A stretch of 64,000 nt of DNA from Thermoanaerobaculia bacterium (lineage in GTDB: Bacteria; Acidobacteriota; Thermoanaerobaculia; Multivoradales; Multivoraceae), in contig OY761158.1 of NCBI GenBank assembly GCA_963664405.1, positions 960,001 to 1,024,000 of the forward strand, given 5' to 3'. How positions within the stretch are numbered: the stretch's first letter is position 1; each line of letters starts with the position of its first letter. The notes beneath the pieces were generated by a model. It saw only the letters and a list, made by a program, of their open reading frames with translations, made no database searches and was not told where the DNA came from. This document shows positions 39,720-49,880 of the stretch, piece by piece. The position numbers and the translations under genes were made by a program.

Positions 39720-41035
39720 CGAGCTGCCCCGCTGAGCGCACCCGGCTTGGTTGCCAGCTTGCGGAAATTCTGGCGCCCACTTCGCAGCGGCATCTCGACC
39801 CGCTCGCCCTGACGAAGGACACCCAAGGTCGAGGCGGCGCCGGCCACCGTCTCGAGCTTCAGATGTCTCTCACAGCTGGTGGTCCAAGGACTGATCTCGA
39901 CACCGTTCACGGCATAGATGATATCTCCGGTCTCGAGCTGCTGATGGTCAAGAGCTCGCGCCCTCGGCTCGATGAAGGTGATCTCGCAAGCGAAGCCCTC
40001 CGGCGGCAGTCCGAGGCGCCGTTTGGTCTCTCCATCGAGCCTCTTGGAAGAGAAATAGAGCTGTGGCTCGATCGTCCAATAGCGAAAGAAGAGGTCGGTC
40101 GCCCACCACTCACGAGGTAGGTCGATCTCCAGAGCGACCGCGGTACCGGCTCGGTCGATGCCCAACCGGATCGCGGTCCTGTCGCGCTCGACCTTGTCGA
40201 AGCGGTACTGCAGATCGCCGAAGGTCAGGACCTTCGTTCCCTCGAGCTCGGTGAGGACGTCTCCGGGCAGAATCCCACCTTCGGCCGCCGCCCCCTCCAC
40301 CTCCGCAACCCTGAGCCCACGCGAAAGGTCCAGCGTCAATCCCAGGACCGCGATGTCTGGAGAGCGATACATCTGCCTCACCCTGACCGCACTTCCAGCG
40401 AGCTCGCGCTCCTGCAGCTCGTAGTCGGCGATCAGATGGCACTCGACACAGCGCCCGCCGTCGATCACCTTCGCTCGGAGGCTCGGGATCTGGTCGGGAA
40501 AATAGGGCTCGGGTCGGGGCGACGCCGGCAACGCGCCCTGCTGGTAGAGGCGATGCTGCTCGAGACCTCGAGAGAGCGCTATTTCCAAGCTCTCGAGGCT
40601 GAGACGGCTGGTCGGAGACTCCGCCGTACGCCCGCCATAGCGAAAGTAGATCTGCTCGTCTGCGTTGAGCGCAAAATAGTAGAGAGTATTGTGACGGTCG
40701 TAATCGAAAAGACCGAGATCGATCCCGTCCATCCGAGTGATGCGTACCAGGACATACTCACTGAGGAGTCGCCCCCTCGGCGAAGACTTCGGCGACAACA
40801 CAACCTGTGCGTCAAACTTGCGGCCGGCGATTCAGGGCGAGCAGCGGAACTCGAGAAAGATCGGGCGGCCGCTGCGCCGCGCTTCCGCAAGGGCAAGATC
40901 GTAGTCGTCGAGCCACTCGACCATGCCGTCGTCACCCCCCGCGCCAGGCTGCGGCGCCGGCTGCGCGGAGGTCTCGAGCCCGGCCGTGGTAGCGAGCGCG
41001 AAGGGGATCAAAGCAAACGCAGGGTGCATCCTCAT
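39716..41035 (-). CDS. Exported thioredoxin-like/PDZ probable selenoprotein (CSPU) with a CxxCH motif
   Basis: Two ORFs joined in frame at TGA 40834-40832: EARRSGRPIFLEFRCSP-U-IAGRKFD; later CVECH and two PDZ-like segments. Confidence 0.82.
40794..40831 (-). promoter_or_regulatory. Putative bacterial SECIS element
   Basis: GAC-GCACA-GGT-TGTGT-TGTC hairpin starting 18 nt after the TGA; loop begins with G. Confidence 0.5.
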
Positions 41036-41046
41036 AGCTCCGCAGC

Positions 41047-42180
41047 CTATCCCGTGAGCGTCAATGAGGGATCGAGCCATTCGACAATGCGCCCGTTCTC
41101 TTCTCGCGGATAGGTGTGAGACAGGTCCTCGATCTCGCGATACACAAGAGCTGCACCGCAGCGCTCGAGCTCCGCTCTGGCCATGCGCGCCGTCTCCACC
41201 GGAAACATCCAGTCGCGGCCACCGTGGACCAGATAAACGGGCTTCTCCGCCACCCGCCGGCGGGCGTTCGAATCCAAGGGAGCCAGAACACCGGAGATCG
41301 GCGCCAGATGAGTGAAGGGCACGCTTTCCTGCAGGCCGCAGATCATGGTGAAGGTCCCGCCGTCCGACATCCCGGTGAGCATTACGCGACCCGGGTCGAC
41401 ACACCAGGTCTCAGCCACCTTCTCGACCATCCCGGCCACCGAGGCGGTGTCGATCTCCGGCTGCAGCAGCGACCATGTATCACCGACCGAAGTCGGCGAC
41501 AGCAGCAGAAAGCCACGGCTGCGAGCTTCCCTGAGCCAGGTCCACAGGAAGTCCGCGCCGTGGCCGCTGCCGCCATGGAGGGCGACGACCAGAGGCCACG
41601 ACCGGGCAGGGTCGTAGAGCTCGGGAACGTAGAGCGAGAAGCCTCCGCGATGACTGCGATCGTTGGCACCGTCGAGAACCCCGACCGGAACCCCCGGTTC
41701 GTTCTCCAGGCTGGCCTTGGCCAGGCGAGCTACTGCTTCATCGGAAGAGGCGAGCGGCTCCTCCAAGAAGAAGCGATTCACCGGCACCAGTAACGGGGCC
41801 AATGGGTAAAGCCGCTCTACGGCAAGCACGCTGCGGCGCAAGGCGCGATAAAGACCGTAGATCGGTGTGGGGCCCACGGCGGGCTGGCGGAAGGCCTGAA
41901 GGGCTGCGAGAGCGTCGAGGCCGGCGTCGATCAGGGCGCGGCCGTCATCAGCGACGTGGCTGGGCCATTCGAGAGGCCCCACCTCTCGGATCGCCTCCTC
42001 GAGCGGTGCCTCCAGAGGCGCTAGCGCCTCGATCAGGCTCGTGACCGCGGAAGGGTGAAGTCGTCGTTGCGCCCAGGCCAAGCCGCCCAGAGCCTCGAGA
42101 AGCGCCGCAAGCAGCCGACTGACGGCGTCGGTGAGAGCTTCATTGCCGCCGGGTCGCGGTTCGGACTGTACTCCGCCCAT
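41047..42180 (-). CDS. Phospholipase/carboxylesterase
   Basis: ALHGGSG, GMSDGG, HGGRD, H.YP. Confidence 0.85.
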   Translation of the reverse strand: MGGVQSEPRPGGNEALTDAVSRLLAALLEALGGLAWAQRRLHPSAVTSLIEALAPLEAPLEEAIREVGPLEWPSHVADDGRALIDAGLDALAALQAFRQPAVGPTPIYGLYRALRRSVLAVERLYPLAPLLVPVNRFFLEEPLASSDEAVARLAKASLENEPGVPVGVLDGANDRSHRGGFSLYVPELYDPARSWPLVVALHGGSGHGADFLWTWLREARSRGFLLLSPTSVGDTWSLLQPEIDTASVAGMVEKVAETWCVDPGRVMLTGMSDGGTFTMICGLQESVPFTHLAPISGVLAPLDSNARRRVAEKPVYLVHGGRDWMFPVETARMARAELERCGAALVYREIEDLSHTYPREENGRIVEWLDPSLTLTG

Positions 42181-42185
42181 GTCGA

Positions 42186-42707
42186 TCAGCGGCGCAGGAA
42201 CAGCCGCATCGGAGAACCTTCGCCGGGTGCGTGAGTCGTCACCTGCAACTCGTCGTCGACGAGCTCACGCTCGACCACGAAGTGCCGCCCGCGACCGTCC
42301 ACCTGCAAGACCAGTTTGCCGTCTTCGATCACGGCAGCCGCAGGAGAGGAGGCGCTCTCTTCCAAGCTGAACACTTGGACCGTCCAGGACCGGTCTCGGT
42401 TGTCGGTGACGGCCCCTCTCAGATCACATTGCTCGATCCGCTCGACGTAGTTGATATGCAGTCTCAACTCCACAAGCATCGCCCGCCAACTCGACACCCC
42501 AGCGCTGTCGATCAGGAACGATCGGACATTCTCCGAATGGGTGAGCCGCCAGTGACCTCTGAGATCGGGGACCCCGCCGGGAAGTGGCTGGTCACATTCC
42601 GTCAGCGCAGGCTCAGGAATGGGCGGTCGACGGACCACGCTCAAGAGGCCCCAGCCCGCCAGGCTGACCGGTACGGCGATAAGGATAGCGACGATCTTCC
42701 CTCTCAC
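42186..42707 (-). CDS. Membrane-anchored FABP/lipocalin-like protein
   Basis: N-terminal TM, GHWRLTHSEN, EDGKLVLQ, ERELVDDEL. Confidence 0.55.
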   Translation of the reverse strand: MRGKIVAILIAVPVSLAGWGLLSVVRRPPIPEPALTECDQPLPGGVPDLRGHWRLTHSENVRSFLIDSAGVSSWRAMLVELRLHINYVERIEQCDLRGAVTDNRDRSWTVQVFSLEESASSPAAAVIEDGKLVLQVDGRGRHFVVERELVDDELQVTTHAPGEGSPMRLFLRR

Positions 42708-42725
42708 GGCTTCCCTCGGGCCTGC

Positions 42726-43502
42726 TTATACGGTGGTCCAACCACCGTCGACGGCGAGAGTCGCCCCGGTCACGTAGCTCGACGCTTCAGACGCGAGAAA
42801 GAGAAGGGCGCCCCCCAGTTCGGCGGGGTCTCCACCTCGACCCATAGGTGTGCGACCGCGGATCCATCGCATACCTCCGTCATCGGCAAACATCTCCTGC
42901 GTCATCTCCGACGGAAACCAGCCCGGAAGAATCGCATTGACGCGAATGCCACGGCGCGCCCACTGAGCAGCAAGCTCACGGGTCATATTCACGACTCCAC
43001 CCTTCGACGCGGTGTAGGAAGCCTGTGGCACTTGGCCGGCACCGACCACGCCTAGAATCGACGCGATATTGACGATCGCACCACCGTTCGCCGCCAGCAT
43101 CACCCTCGAGCACCGCTGCGAGCACAGAAACACGCTGTTGAGGTTGACGTCGAGAATGTGCTTGAAGTGCTCGAGCGATTCTGCTTCCGCCGGCTGTGGG
43201 TCGGCGATACCGGCATTGTTCACGAGCACATCGACAGTGCCGTAGCGATCGACCACAGTGGCAATCAGACGGTCGACATCGGCCTCGCGGGTCTCGTCGC
43301 AAGCCACTGCAATGGCCTCGCCACCATCATCGGTGATGTCCGCCGCCAATCGCTGGAGCTTCTCCATCCTTCGCGCCGCGAGAGCGACTCGGGCCCCCGC
43401 CGCCGCCATGATCTCCGCCATCTTCGCCCCCAGGCCCGAAGAGGCGCCGGTGACGATCACGCTGCGGCCATCGAGGCGAAACAATCGAGTGGGATCATCC
43501 AT
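42726..43502 (-). CDS. SDR oxidoreductase
   Basis: TGASSGLG, NNAG, YTASK. Confidence 0.9.
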   Translation of the reverse strand: MDDPTRLFRLDGRSVIVTGASSGLGAKMAEIMAAAGARVALAARRMEKLQRLAADITDDGGEAIAVACDETREADVDRLIATVVDRYGTVDVLVNNAGIADPQPAEAESLEHFKHILDVNLNSVFLCSQRCSRVMLAANGGAIVNIASILGVVGAGQVPQASYTASKGGVVNMTRELAAQWARRGIRVNAILPGWFPSEMTQEMFADDGGMRWIRGRTPMGRGGDPAELGGALLFLASEASSYVTGATLAVDGGWTTV

Positions 43503-43607
43503 CCCGCGATCCTATCTCGCCAACGACTCTCCGCCTCGCCATTCCCATTGGCGACAGACCCTGGAAGAATACGCTGCCTCGACAACGACCTTCGGTGAGG
43601 AGCAGGA

Positions 43608-44405
43608 ATGGCACGACTGGCAATACTCGGCGGCGGCTTCATGGGCGGTTCTCTTGCAGAGGGTCTGATCGACTCCGGTTGGAACTCCGGCGACATCGTA
43701 ATCGCCGAGCTCCGCGAAGCTCGCAGAACCTTTCTGGTCGATCACCTCCACGTACCGACAACCGCCGATGCGGTGGCGGCGGTCGAAGGGGCCGAGAGCG
43801 TTCTCTTCTCGGTCAAACCACAGGACATCAGCGCCGTGCTCGACAATGTCGCCCCCGCCTTCAGCAAGGACAAGCTGGCGATCTCGATCTGCGCGGGGGT
43901 AAAAACAGAGGCCTTCGAAGCTGTGCTTGGCAAAGTGCCCGTGATCCGCAGCATGCCAAATACTCCTGCCGCCATCGGCCAGGGAGCTACCGCGATCGCG
44001 CGCGGCAAGTACGCTCACGACGAGCATCTGGCCACCGCCCTAAACATCCTCAGCACGGTGGGAAAGGTCGTCGTCGTAAAAGAAGAGCAGATGGATGCGG
44101 TGACCGCGGTGAGCGGGAGCGGACCGGCCTACGTCTTCTACCTCGCGGAGGCGCTGATCAACGCGGCGCAGCGCGAAGGCCTCTCCAAAGAACAGGCCTA
44201 CGTGCTCGTCTACCAGACCTTCGTCGGCGCCTCGGAGCTACTCTCCCACGACCCCGCCGATCCGCGGGAGTTGCGCGCTCGTGTGACTTCGCCGGGAGGA
44301 ACCACCGAGGCGGCGGTCGAGTACCTGCAAGAGCACGGCTGGGCCGAGATCTTCGAAGGTGCCGTGCGACGAGCTCGAGAGCGCTCCGAGGAGCTCGGCA
44401 AGTAG
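43608..44405 (+). CDS. proC: Pyrroline-5-carboxylate reductase
   Basis: GGGFMG, VKPQ, RSMPNTP, SGSGPAY, VTSPGGTT. Confidence 0.95.
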   Translation: MARLAILGGGFMGGSLAEGLIDSGWNSGDIVIAELREARRTFLVDHLHVPTTADAVAAVEGAESVLFSVKPQDISAVLDNVAPAFSKDKLAISICAGVKTEAFEAVLGKVPVIRSMPNTPAAIGQGATAIARGKYAHDEHLATALNILSTVGKVVVVKEEQMDAVTAVSGSGPAYVFYLAEALINAAQREGLSKEQAYVLVYQTFVGASELLSHDPADPRELRARVTSPGGTTEAAVEYLQEHGWAEIFEGAVRRARERSEELGK

Positions 44406-44415
44406 CTCGACGATC

Positions 44416-45225
44416 TCACGAGATCCAGTCCTTCACCCCCTCGGCAACCTCCTCGGCAGAGAGCTTCGAAGTGTCGAGCGAGAGGAATCGCTCGGGGCCC
44501 AGCGTCTTCCTCAGCACTTCGAGGGTCGTGTCTGGGTCGTAGTTCTTGGCTTCTTCCAACAGGATCGCCGCCTTCTCCGCGACAGTACCGGGAGGCAGCT
44601 CTGCCACCGCGGGTAGGGCACAGAGTCGGCTGAGATCCTCGGCACTCATCAACCGGTCGAGGCCGGGCAGATCCACCATCAAACCGTCGACACCAGGCAT
44701 GCTCTCGGGCCTGGGCGCGGTGCGATCGAAGTCGCCTCCGCGCGCCAGGAGCCGCTGCAGCCGGACCACCCCGGGCGCATAGAGCGCGAGAAAGCGGGCG
44801 CGAGGAAAGTGCTCCACCGCCCAGCTTAGTTCGGAGATGCCACGCAGCCCGTCGAAGGCGATCAGCCCCTCACACCTCGATGGGTCGAAGCGAAGACGGC
44901 TCAGCGCGTGGGCGACCCCACCCGGAAAACGATCGCGGTAGCCCGCGGTCAAGCGAAAGCGCTCGAGTCGATCGCTGACCGGCTGCGACGCGAGCCCAAG
45001 CTCTCGCTGCATCAGTGGGATAATTACCCGGTCGGCAACACTGCGGCGATTAGGAAGGAGCCTCATCGGCACCTTCTCTGCGAGGTGGCCTAGACAGGTT
45101 GTCTTGCCGACGCCGGTAACCCCGACAACGATGAGAAGGCGGTCGCACTGCTCCAGCGGAGCCCACCCTGCACACGCCTCCCCTACGAGCCCAAAATCGG
45201 TCCAGGGATCGAAGCCAGGGCCCAT
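44416..45225 (-). CDS. P-loop NTPase, nucleotide-kinase-like
   Basis: GVTGVGKTT Walker A, FDGLRG, R..RLL.R. Confidence 0.75.
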   Translation of the reverse strand: MGPGFDPWTDFGLVGEACAGWAPLEQCDRLLIVVGVTGVGKTTCLGHLAEKVPMRLLPNRRSVADRVIIPLMQRELGLASQPVSDRLERFRLTAGYRDRFPGGVAHALSRLRFDPSRCEGLIAFDGLRGISELSWAVEHFPRARFLALYAPGVVRLQRLLARGGDFDRTAPRPESMPGVDGLMVDLPGLDRLMSAEDLSRLCALPAVAELPPGTVAEKAAILLEEAKNYDPDTTLEVLRKTLGPERFLSLDTSKLSAEEVAEGVKDWIS

Positions 45226-45232
45226 CACTTGC

Positions 45233-46624
45233 CTACTCACCGCCGAGAAAGGCCAGGATCTTGGCTGCCGCACGCCGGTAGCCGTCGACGTTGAAGTGAA
45301 GTCCTTGATAGTCGGTCGCTCCCATTCGCGGGCCGGGAGCCGCGGAAGTGAGCGAAATCTGGACCAAGCCCTCTGCTCTCCACAGATTCGTGATCGTCGC
45401 TTCCTCGGTCTGGAGATTGTGCAAACGCCGAGGCGAGATTTCGCCACGATAGCGCTCCGGAGAGGGCACATAGATCAGAAGCAGCTCTCCGCCGCCGGCC
45501 CTGACCGTGGTCGCGACTCCCCGCCACAGCTTCGCGAGCTCGGCAAGCTCGGTCGCGGTCCAATCGCGATCGAGGAGCCCCGTGGAACGCAGCGCCTCAC
45601 CGATCAGGAGCTGGCTTCGGCCAGCCAGAAGCCACAGCGCAGCTCGCCTTGCGGACGAGAGGTGGATCTCATGCGAAGCCGTCGCCAGCTGCGCCTCCGG
45701 GAGAGCTTGGTCAACCAGTCGACGCATCGCCTGCTCGAGCTGGGCAGAAAACGACGCCAATCCTTTGTTCGCACTCCCACCGGTATAGCCGAGAAGCTGG
45801 ACAGAGCTCCTCTCCATCCGGTACTCGCGACGATCGTTGCCCTCGAAATAGAGCCAGAGTACCCGTTCTGTCGGCATTGCTCGGCCATATTCCTGAAAGG
45901 TCGCAAACTGCGTCAGCACCGACGATCCGTTGATGCCGAGGCTCAACACCTCACCGAGCGGGGCGAGAAGCGAGGTGAAGATCTGTTCCGCGGGCAGGCA
46001 GAAGCCCTGGACGTATGAGTCCCCGAGCAAGAGAGTCACCCTGCCGGCGGAGTCCCAAGTCTGATCGTCATTGCGAAAGCCGAAGCGATCGCTCTTGTAG
46101 CGGACCCAGCCGGACTCGGAGTAGCAATATACGGTCTCGACATCTGGAATTCCGCCCAGAGGGAGCACTGTCTCACCCCCGATCCGAGGGAGAAAGTGAC
46201 CCGGGCTCCCTTCCGCCAGAGCGGCAAGTCCAGAGGGAAAGAGTGCGGGATAGGCCGATACACCTTGTTCTCGAAGCTCGGTAACGCGAGCTGCCTTGCC
46301 TCCTCCGACGACGATGGGGTGGCGCAGATGAAGATAGGTCTCGTAGGCGTAGAAAGGCACAGCCAAGGTCAGCCAGGCGAGCGTTACACCCCGACGCCAC
46401 GGCCGAACCAGAGAGCCGAGAACGAACAGCAGGCCGATCATGACGACGGCGATCGCCGGAGCCCGAGTCAGGGGAAAGTCATGGCGAGATCCCATCACCA
46501 GCCCTATCGCGATAAAGGCCAAGATGAGCCCGCCAGGCCACAAGCCGACTCTCGTACCCGTCGTCGATGACCCTCCTGAGCCCTTCTGCTCTCGGTCTGG
46601 CGTGTTCTCCACCGCTATACTCAC
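45233..46624 (-). CDS. Membrane-anchored SGNH/GDSL hydrolase-like protein
   Basis: N-terminal TMs, GFRN, LLGDSY, EGND, HFN..GY. Confidence 0.75.
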   Translation of the reverse strand: MSIAVENTPDREQKGSGGSSTTGTRVGLWPGGLILAFIAIGLVMGSRHDFPLTRAPAIAVVMIGLLFVLGSLVRPWRRGVTLAWLTLAVPFYAYETYLHLRHPIVVGGGKAARVTELREQGVSAYPALFPSGLAALAEGSPGHFLPRIGGETVLPLGGIPDVETVYCYSESGWVRYKSDRFGFRNDDQTWDSAGRVTLLLGDSYVQGFCLPAEQIFTSLLAPLGEVLSLGINGSSVLTQFATFQEYGRAMPTERVLWLYFEGNDRREYRMERSSVQLLGYTGGSANKGLASFSAQLEQAMRRLVDQALPEAQLATASHEIHLSSARRAALWLLAGRSQLLIGEALRSTGLLDRDWTATELAELAKLWRGVATTVRAGGGELLLIYVPSPERYRGEISPRRLHNLQTEEATITNLWRAEGLVQISLTSAAPGPRMGATDYQGLHFNVDGYRRAAAKILAFLGGE

Positions 46625-46680
46625 CTAAGGCTGCTTCTCGTCTCGGGTCCGTGTATATCAGTCTCTCTCCGCCCCGCGCC

Positions 46681-48513
46681 ATGAGTCAGGCACATCAGAA
46701 AATCCTCGAGGAGAAGAGCTACTCATCAGAACCGGCGGTCGAGTACCAGAGCCGACTGGAGCACAGGGGGCTGGAGGCCGCGCGCTGGCTTCGTCTGGAG
46801 AAGACCATCTCAGTCTCGCGACTCTTGGTCATGATCGTCCTGGCCGTGGTGGCGTGGCTCTCGCTGCAGAGCGGTCTCTTCTCCCCCGCTTGGGCCCTCG
46901 TCCCCCTCGGGCTCTTCATCGCCCTCGTCTTCGCCCATCGTCGAGTGCTGAGCAGGGCGTCGCTGGCACAGCGCTCGGCTCAGTACTACGAGCATGGCCT
47001 CGCCAGGATCGAAGATCGCTGGGTGGGAAACGGACCCTCGGGGGAGCGCTTTGTGGACGGCGCCCATCCTTACGCCGTCGATCTCGACATCTTCGGCAAC
47101 GCCTCCCTCTTCCAACTCCTCTGTACCGCTCGCACCCGCAGTGGCGAAGAAGTGCTGGCGCAGTGGCTCCTCGAAAGCGGCACTGAGCCAGAGATTCGCC
47201 AGCGCCAAGATGCTGTCATCGACCTGCGCCAGCGCGTCGACTTCAGGGAAGAGCTCTGGCGCCTCGGTGAAAGCGTTGCGGAGAGGCTGCACCCCGACGC
47301 CCTCATCCCCTGGGCCGAGGCGGGGCGCGGCGCGCCTTCCAAGGTGCTGCGCACTCTCCTCGCCGGCCTCGCCGGTCTGCAGATCTTCGCTATCGTCGCC
47401 TGGGCGAGCCTAGGCCAGGGGCCGACCCTTCTTCTCGCCCTGCTCTTGGTACACAGCGTCGTCGTCCTCGTTCTGCGCTCCAGCATTCGATCAGCCTTCG
47501 ACGGTCTCGAGGGAGCCGGGCGCGAGCTAGATATGCTTGGCCAGCTCATAAGCCGGATCCAGCTGGAGTCCTTTGAAGCCCCGAGCCTGCAGGCGCTGAG
47601 GAAGGAGCTCGACGCGTCTGGGCCAACGCCCAGTCACGAGATCGCCCGTCTGCAAAGACTTGTCGACTTCTTCGACTCGCGCAAGAACCCTCTATTCGCT
47701 CCGATCTCGGTCGCACTGGTGTGGACTCCACAGCTCGCATTTGCGGTGGACTCCTGGAGAGCCACAGCGGGCAAGAGAATTCGACGATGGATCGAGATTG
47801 CCGGAGAGATCGAGGCGACGGCGGCACTCTCGGGCTATGCCTATGAGCATCCCGAGGACGCTTTTCCCGACATCGTCAGCTCCGACGATGAACCTACCTT
47901 GGAGGGGGAGACTCTGGGGCACCCTCTCTGCCCGCGCGACACCTTCCTACGCAACGACATCGAGCTCAACCGCGAGCGCCGAGCCCTGATCATCAGCGGC
48001 TCGAATATGTCGGGCAAGAGCACCTATCTACGCACCGTGGGTGTCAACACAGTGCTGGCACTAGCTGGAGCTCCAGTGCGAGCCAGTCGCCTGCGGCTCT
48101 CGTGCTTCCGCATCGGCGCCTCTCTCGAGATCCATGACTCGCTGCAAGACGGTCAGTCTCGCTTCTACGCCGAGATCCTTCGCCTCAGGCAGGTGCTGAC
48201 TCTCGCCAAGGAGGGAGGGCCCGTGCTCTTCCTCCTCGACGAGATTCTGCACGGCACCAATTCTCACGACCGTCGCATCGGCGCCGATGCGGTGGTTCGA
48301 TCGTTGCTACGCCATCGCACCCTCGGGCTGGTGACCACTCACGACCTCGCGCTCTCCCAGATCGCGGAGGACCCTGAAGTCGCGGCCCTCAACGTCCACT
48401 TCGAAGATTCGATCGATGATGGGAAAATGGTCTTCGATTACCAGCTACGGCCCGGTGTAGTCACCAAGAGCAACGCTCTCGCCCTGATGCGAGAGGTCGG
48501 GCTCGAGGTCTAG
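46681..48513 (+). CDS. Membrane-associated MutS-like ATPase (domain V)
   Basis: TM helices, SGSNMSGKST, S.FYAE, LLDEILHGTNS, TTHDL. Confidence 0.88.
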   Translation: MSQAHQKILEEKSYSSEPAVEYQSRLEHRGLEAARWLRLEKTISVSRLLVMIVLAVVAWLSLQSGLFSPAWALVPLGLFIALVFAHRRVLSRASLAQRSAQYYEHGLARIEDRWVGNGPSGERFVDGAHPYAVDLDIFGNASLFQLLCTARTRSGEEVLAQWLLESGTEPEIRQRQDAVIDLRQRVDFREELWRLGESVAERLHPDALIPWAEAGRGAPSKVLRTLLAGLAGLQIFAIVAWASLGQGPTLLLALLLVHSVVVLVLRSSIRSAFDGLEGAGRELDMLGQLISRIQLESFEAPSLQALRKELDASGPTPSHEIARLQRLVDFFDSRKNPLFAPISVALVWTPQLAFAVDSWRATAGKRIRRWIEIAGEIEATAALSGYAYEHPEDAFPDIVSSDDEPTLEGETLGHPLCPRDTFLRNDIELNRERRALIISGSNMSGKSTYLRTVGVNTVLALAGAPVRASRLRLSCFRIGASLEIHDSLQDGQSRFYAEILRLRQVLTLAKEGGPVLFLLDEILHGTNSHDRRIGADAVVRSLLRHRTLGLVTTHDLALSQIAEDPEVAALNVHFEDSIDDGKMVFDYQLRPGVVTKSNALALMREVGLEV

Positions 48514-48529
48514 GCCAACGCCGCCTAGG

Positions 48530-48718
48530 TGTCAGTGCTCACAAGGTTGTTCAGTAAGAGGGGTGGTCCATCCCAGCCACTTCCGCCATGCTTTGGATAC
48601 GAAAACAACGCATGGAGAGGAGTGAAGGGATGGACCTGCACAAGAATGCCCGAAGCTGCCCGAAGAGTCGAGCCCTGCTGGTGAAGAGAGTGTTGGAAGA
48701 AGGTTGGACGGTCAGGAA
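48530..48718 (+). mobile_element. IS481-family left end and transposase N-terminus, truncated by IS6
   Basis: Begins TGTCAGTGCTCACAAGGTT; ATG 48630 MDLHKNARSCPKSRALLVKRVLEEGW. Confidence 0.75.
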
Positions 48719-49525
48719 GGCACTGTCAACTTGGCCTTGGCCGAGGCGAGATCTGGCGTTATCAAGGGTTGGTCGGCTCGGATTCAGCAGGCGCTCGTCA
48801 CCTGCCGCCAGACAAGGAAGGACCGCTCTCGCAGCATACGGTGGTTCGCGGAGCTAACGAGGTGCCGCCCGACGCGGAACAGGTTCTGGATGACTCCGTG
48901 AGCGGAGAGGAATCGCTGCGCTTGGCCGGGCGACTTGAAACCGCGCATCTGTCGCTCCCGCTGACGCGTCGGCTGGTGGGAGACCTCGGCTCTGTTGTTG
49001 GCATACCGCCTCGTATCGTGCCGGACGGAGGGTATGGTGGTCCGATGCGCTGCGCCATAGCTCCTCAGCTTGTCGGTCACCAGGCGCAGCGGCTCTGCTC
49101 CTTGGCCCTTCAACAGCTTGCGGAAGAAGCGTTCTGCTGCTCTTCGATCACGGCGTGGCTGCACGAGGATGTCGATCACGTCGCCGTCCTGGTCGACCGC
49201 ACGCCACAAGTACTGCCTCTTGCCCTGGATCGTGACGAAGAGCTCGTCCAAAAACCACGTGTCACCCAATCGCCCGCCTCGCCGCTTCAGCGTGCGGGCG
49301 TACTCGGTGCCGAACTTCCGGCACCACTGACGGATGGCCTCGTAGGAAACCGTGATTCCGCGCTTCGCCAGGAGGTCCTCGACGTCGCGGAAACTCAGGC
49401 AGAACCGGTTGTACAGCCAGACGGCGTGGCTGATGATCTCGGGTGGAAACCGATGGCCGCGGTAGCTCGGTGTGCTGTTGTGCATCTGCCGACTCTGGCA
49501 GCCATGGGCTCAACTTGACAGTACC
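48719..49525 (-). mobile_element. IS6-family element (807 bp)
   Basis: Inverted repeats GGCACTGTCAACTT / GGTACTGTCAAGTT; no flanking direct repeat seen. Confidence 0.92.
48784..49485 (-). CDS. IS6-family DDE transposase
   Basis: YRGHRFPPEII, WFLDE, YLWRAVD, TDKL.SY, NNRAE. Confidence 0.93.
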   Translation of the reverse strand: MHNSTPSYRGHRFPPEIISHAVWLYNRFCLSFRDVEDLLAKRGITVSYEAIRQWCRKFGTEYARTLKRRGGRLGDTWFLDELFVTIQGKRQYLWRAVDQDGDVIDILVQPRRDRRAAERFFRKLLKGQGAEPLRLVTDKLRSYGAAHRTTIPSVRHDTRRYANNRAEVSHQPTRQRERQMRGFKSPGQAQRFLSAHGVIQNLFRVGRHLVSSANHRMLRERSFLVWRQVTSAC

Positions 49526-49880
49526 GGAAAGGCGCTTGGCGATGCGGTAATAGGCGCCAAGCGTAGTGCGGCGAGCGTCCTTGGCTTGATCGACGTCGAG
49601 GGACCAATCCGGATCCGGCACGACGTAAGGCGCCTTTTCGTCCGAGCAGACTCCCATGCTGTGCCAACCCTGCACAGCACCGCCACAGCTGGAGCCCGAG
49701 TAGCCTTCGCCCTCCCACTCGTCGAACTTTTTCGCCATCTCGTAGAGCATGCGAGAGCTGACCAGCCGCGTTTCATCGCGTGCCCGCAGTTGGTGGTTGA
49801 TGACTGCAGCGAGCCCGAAGCCAGTGCAGGCTCCCTCTTGACCTTGGTCGAGGACGGTTCTCTGCGCCGGCGGGTCGATC
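49526..49880 (-). pseudogene. C1 (papain-like) cysteine peptidase fragment
   Basis: LDQGQEGACTGF motif; cut by IS6. Confidence 0.75.
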
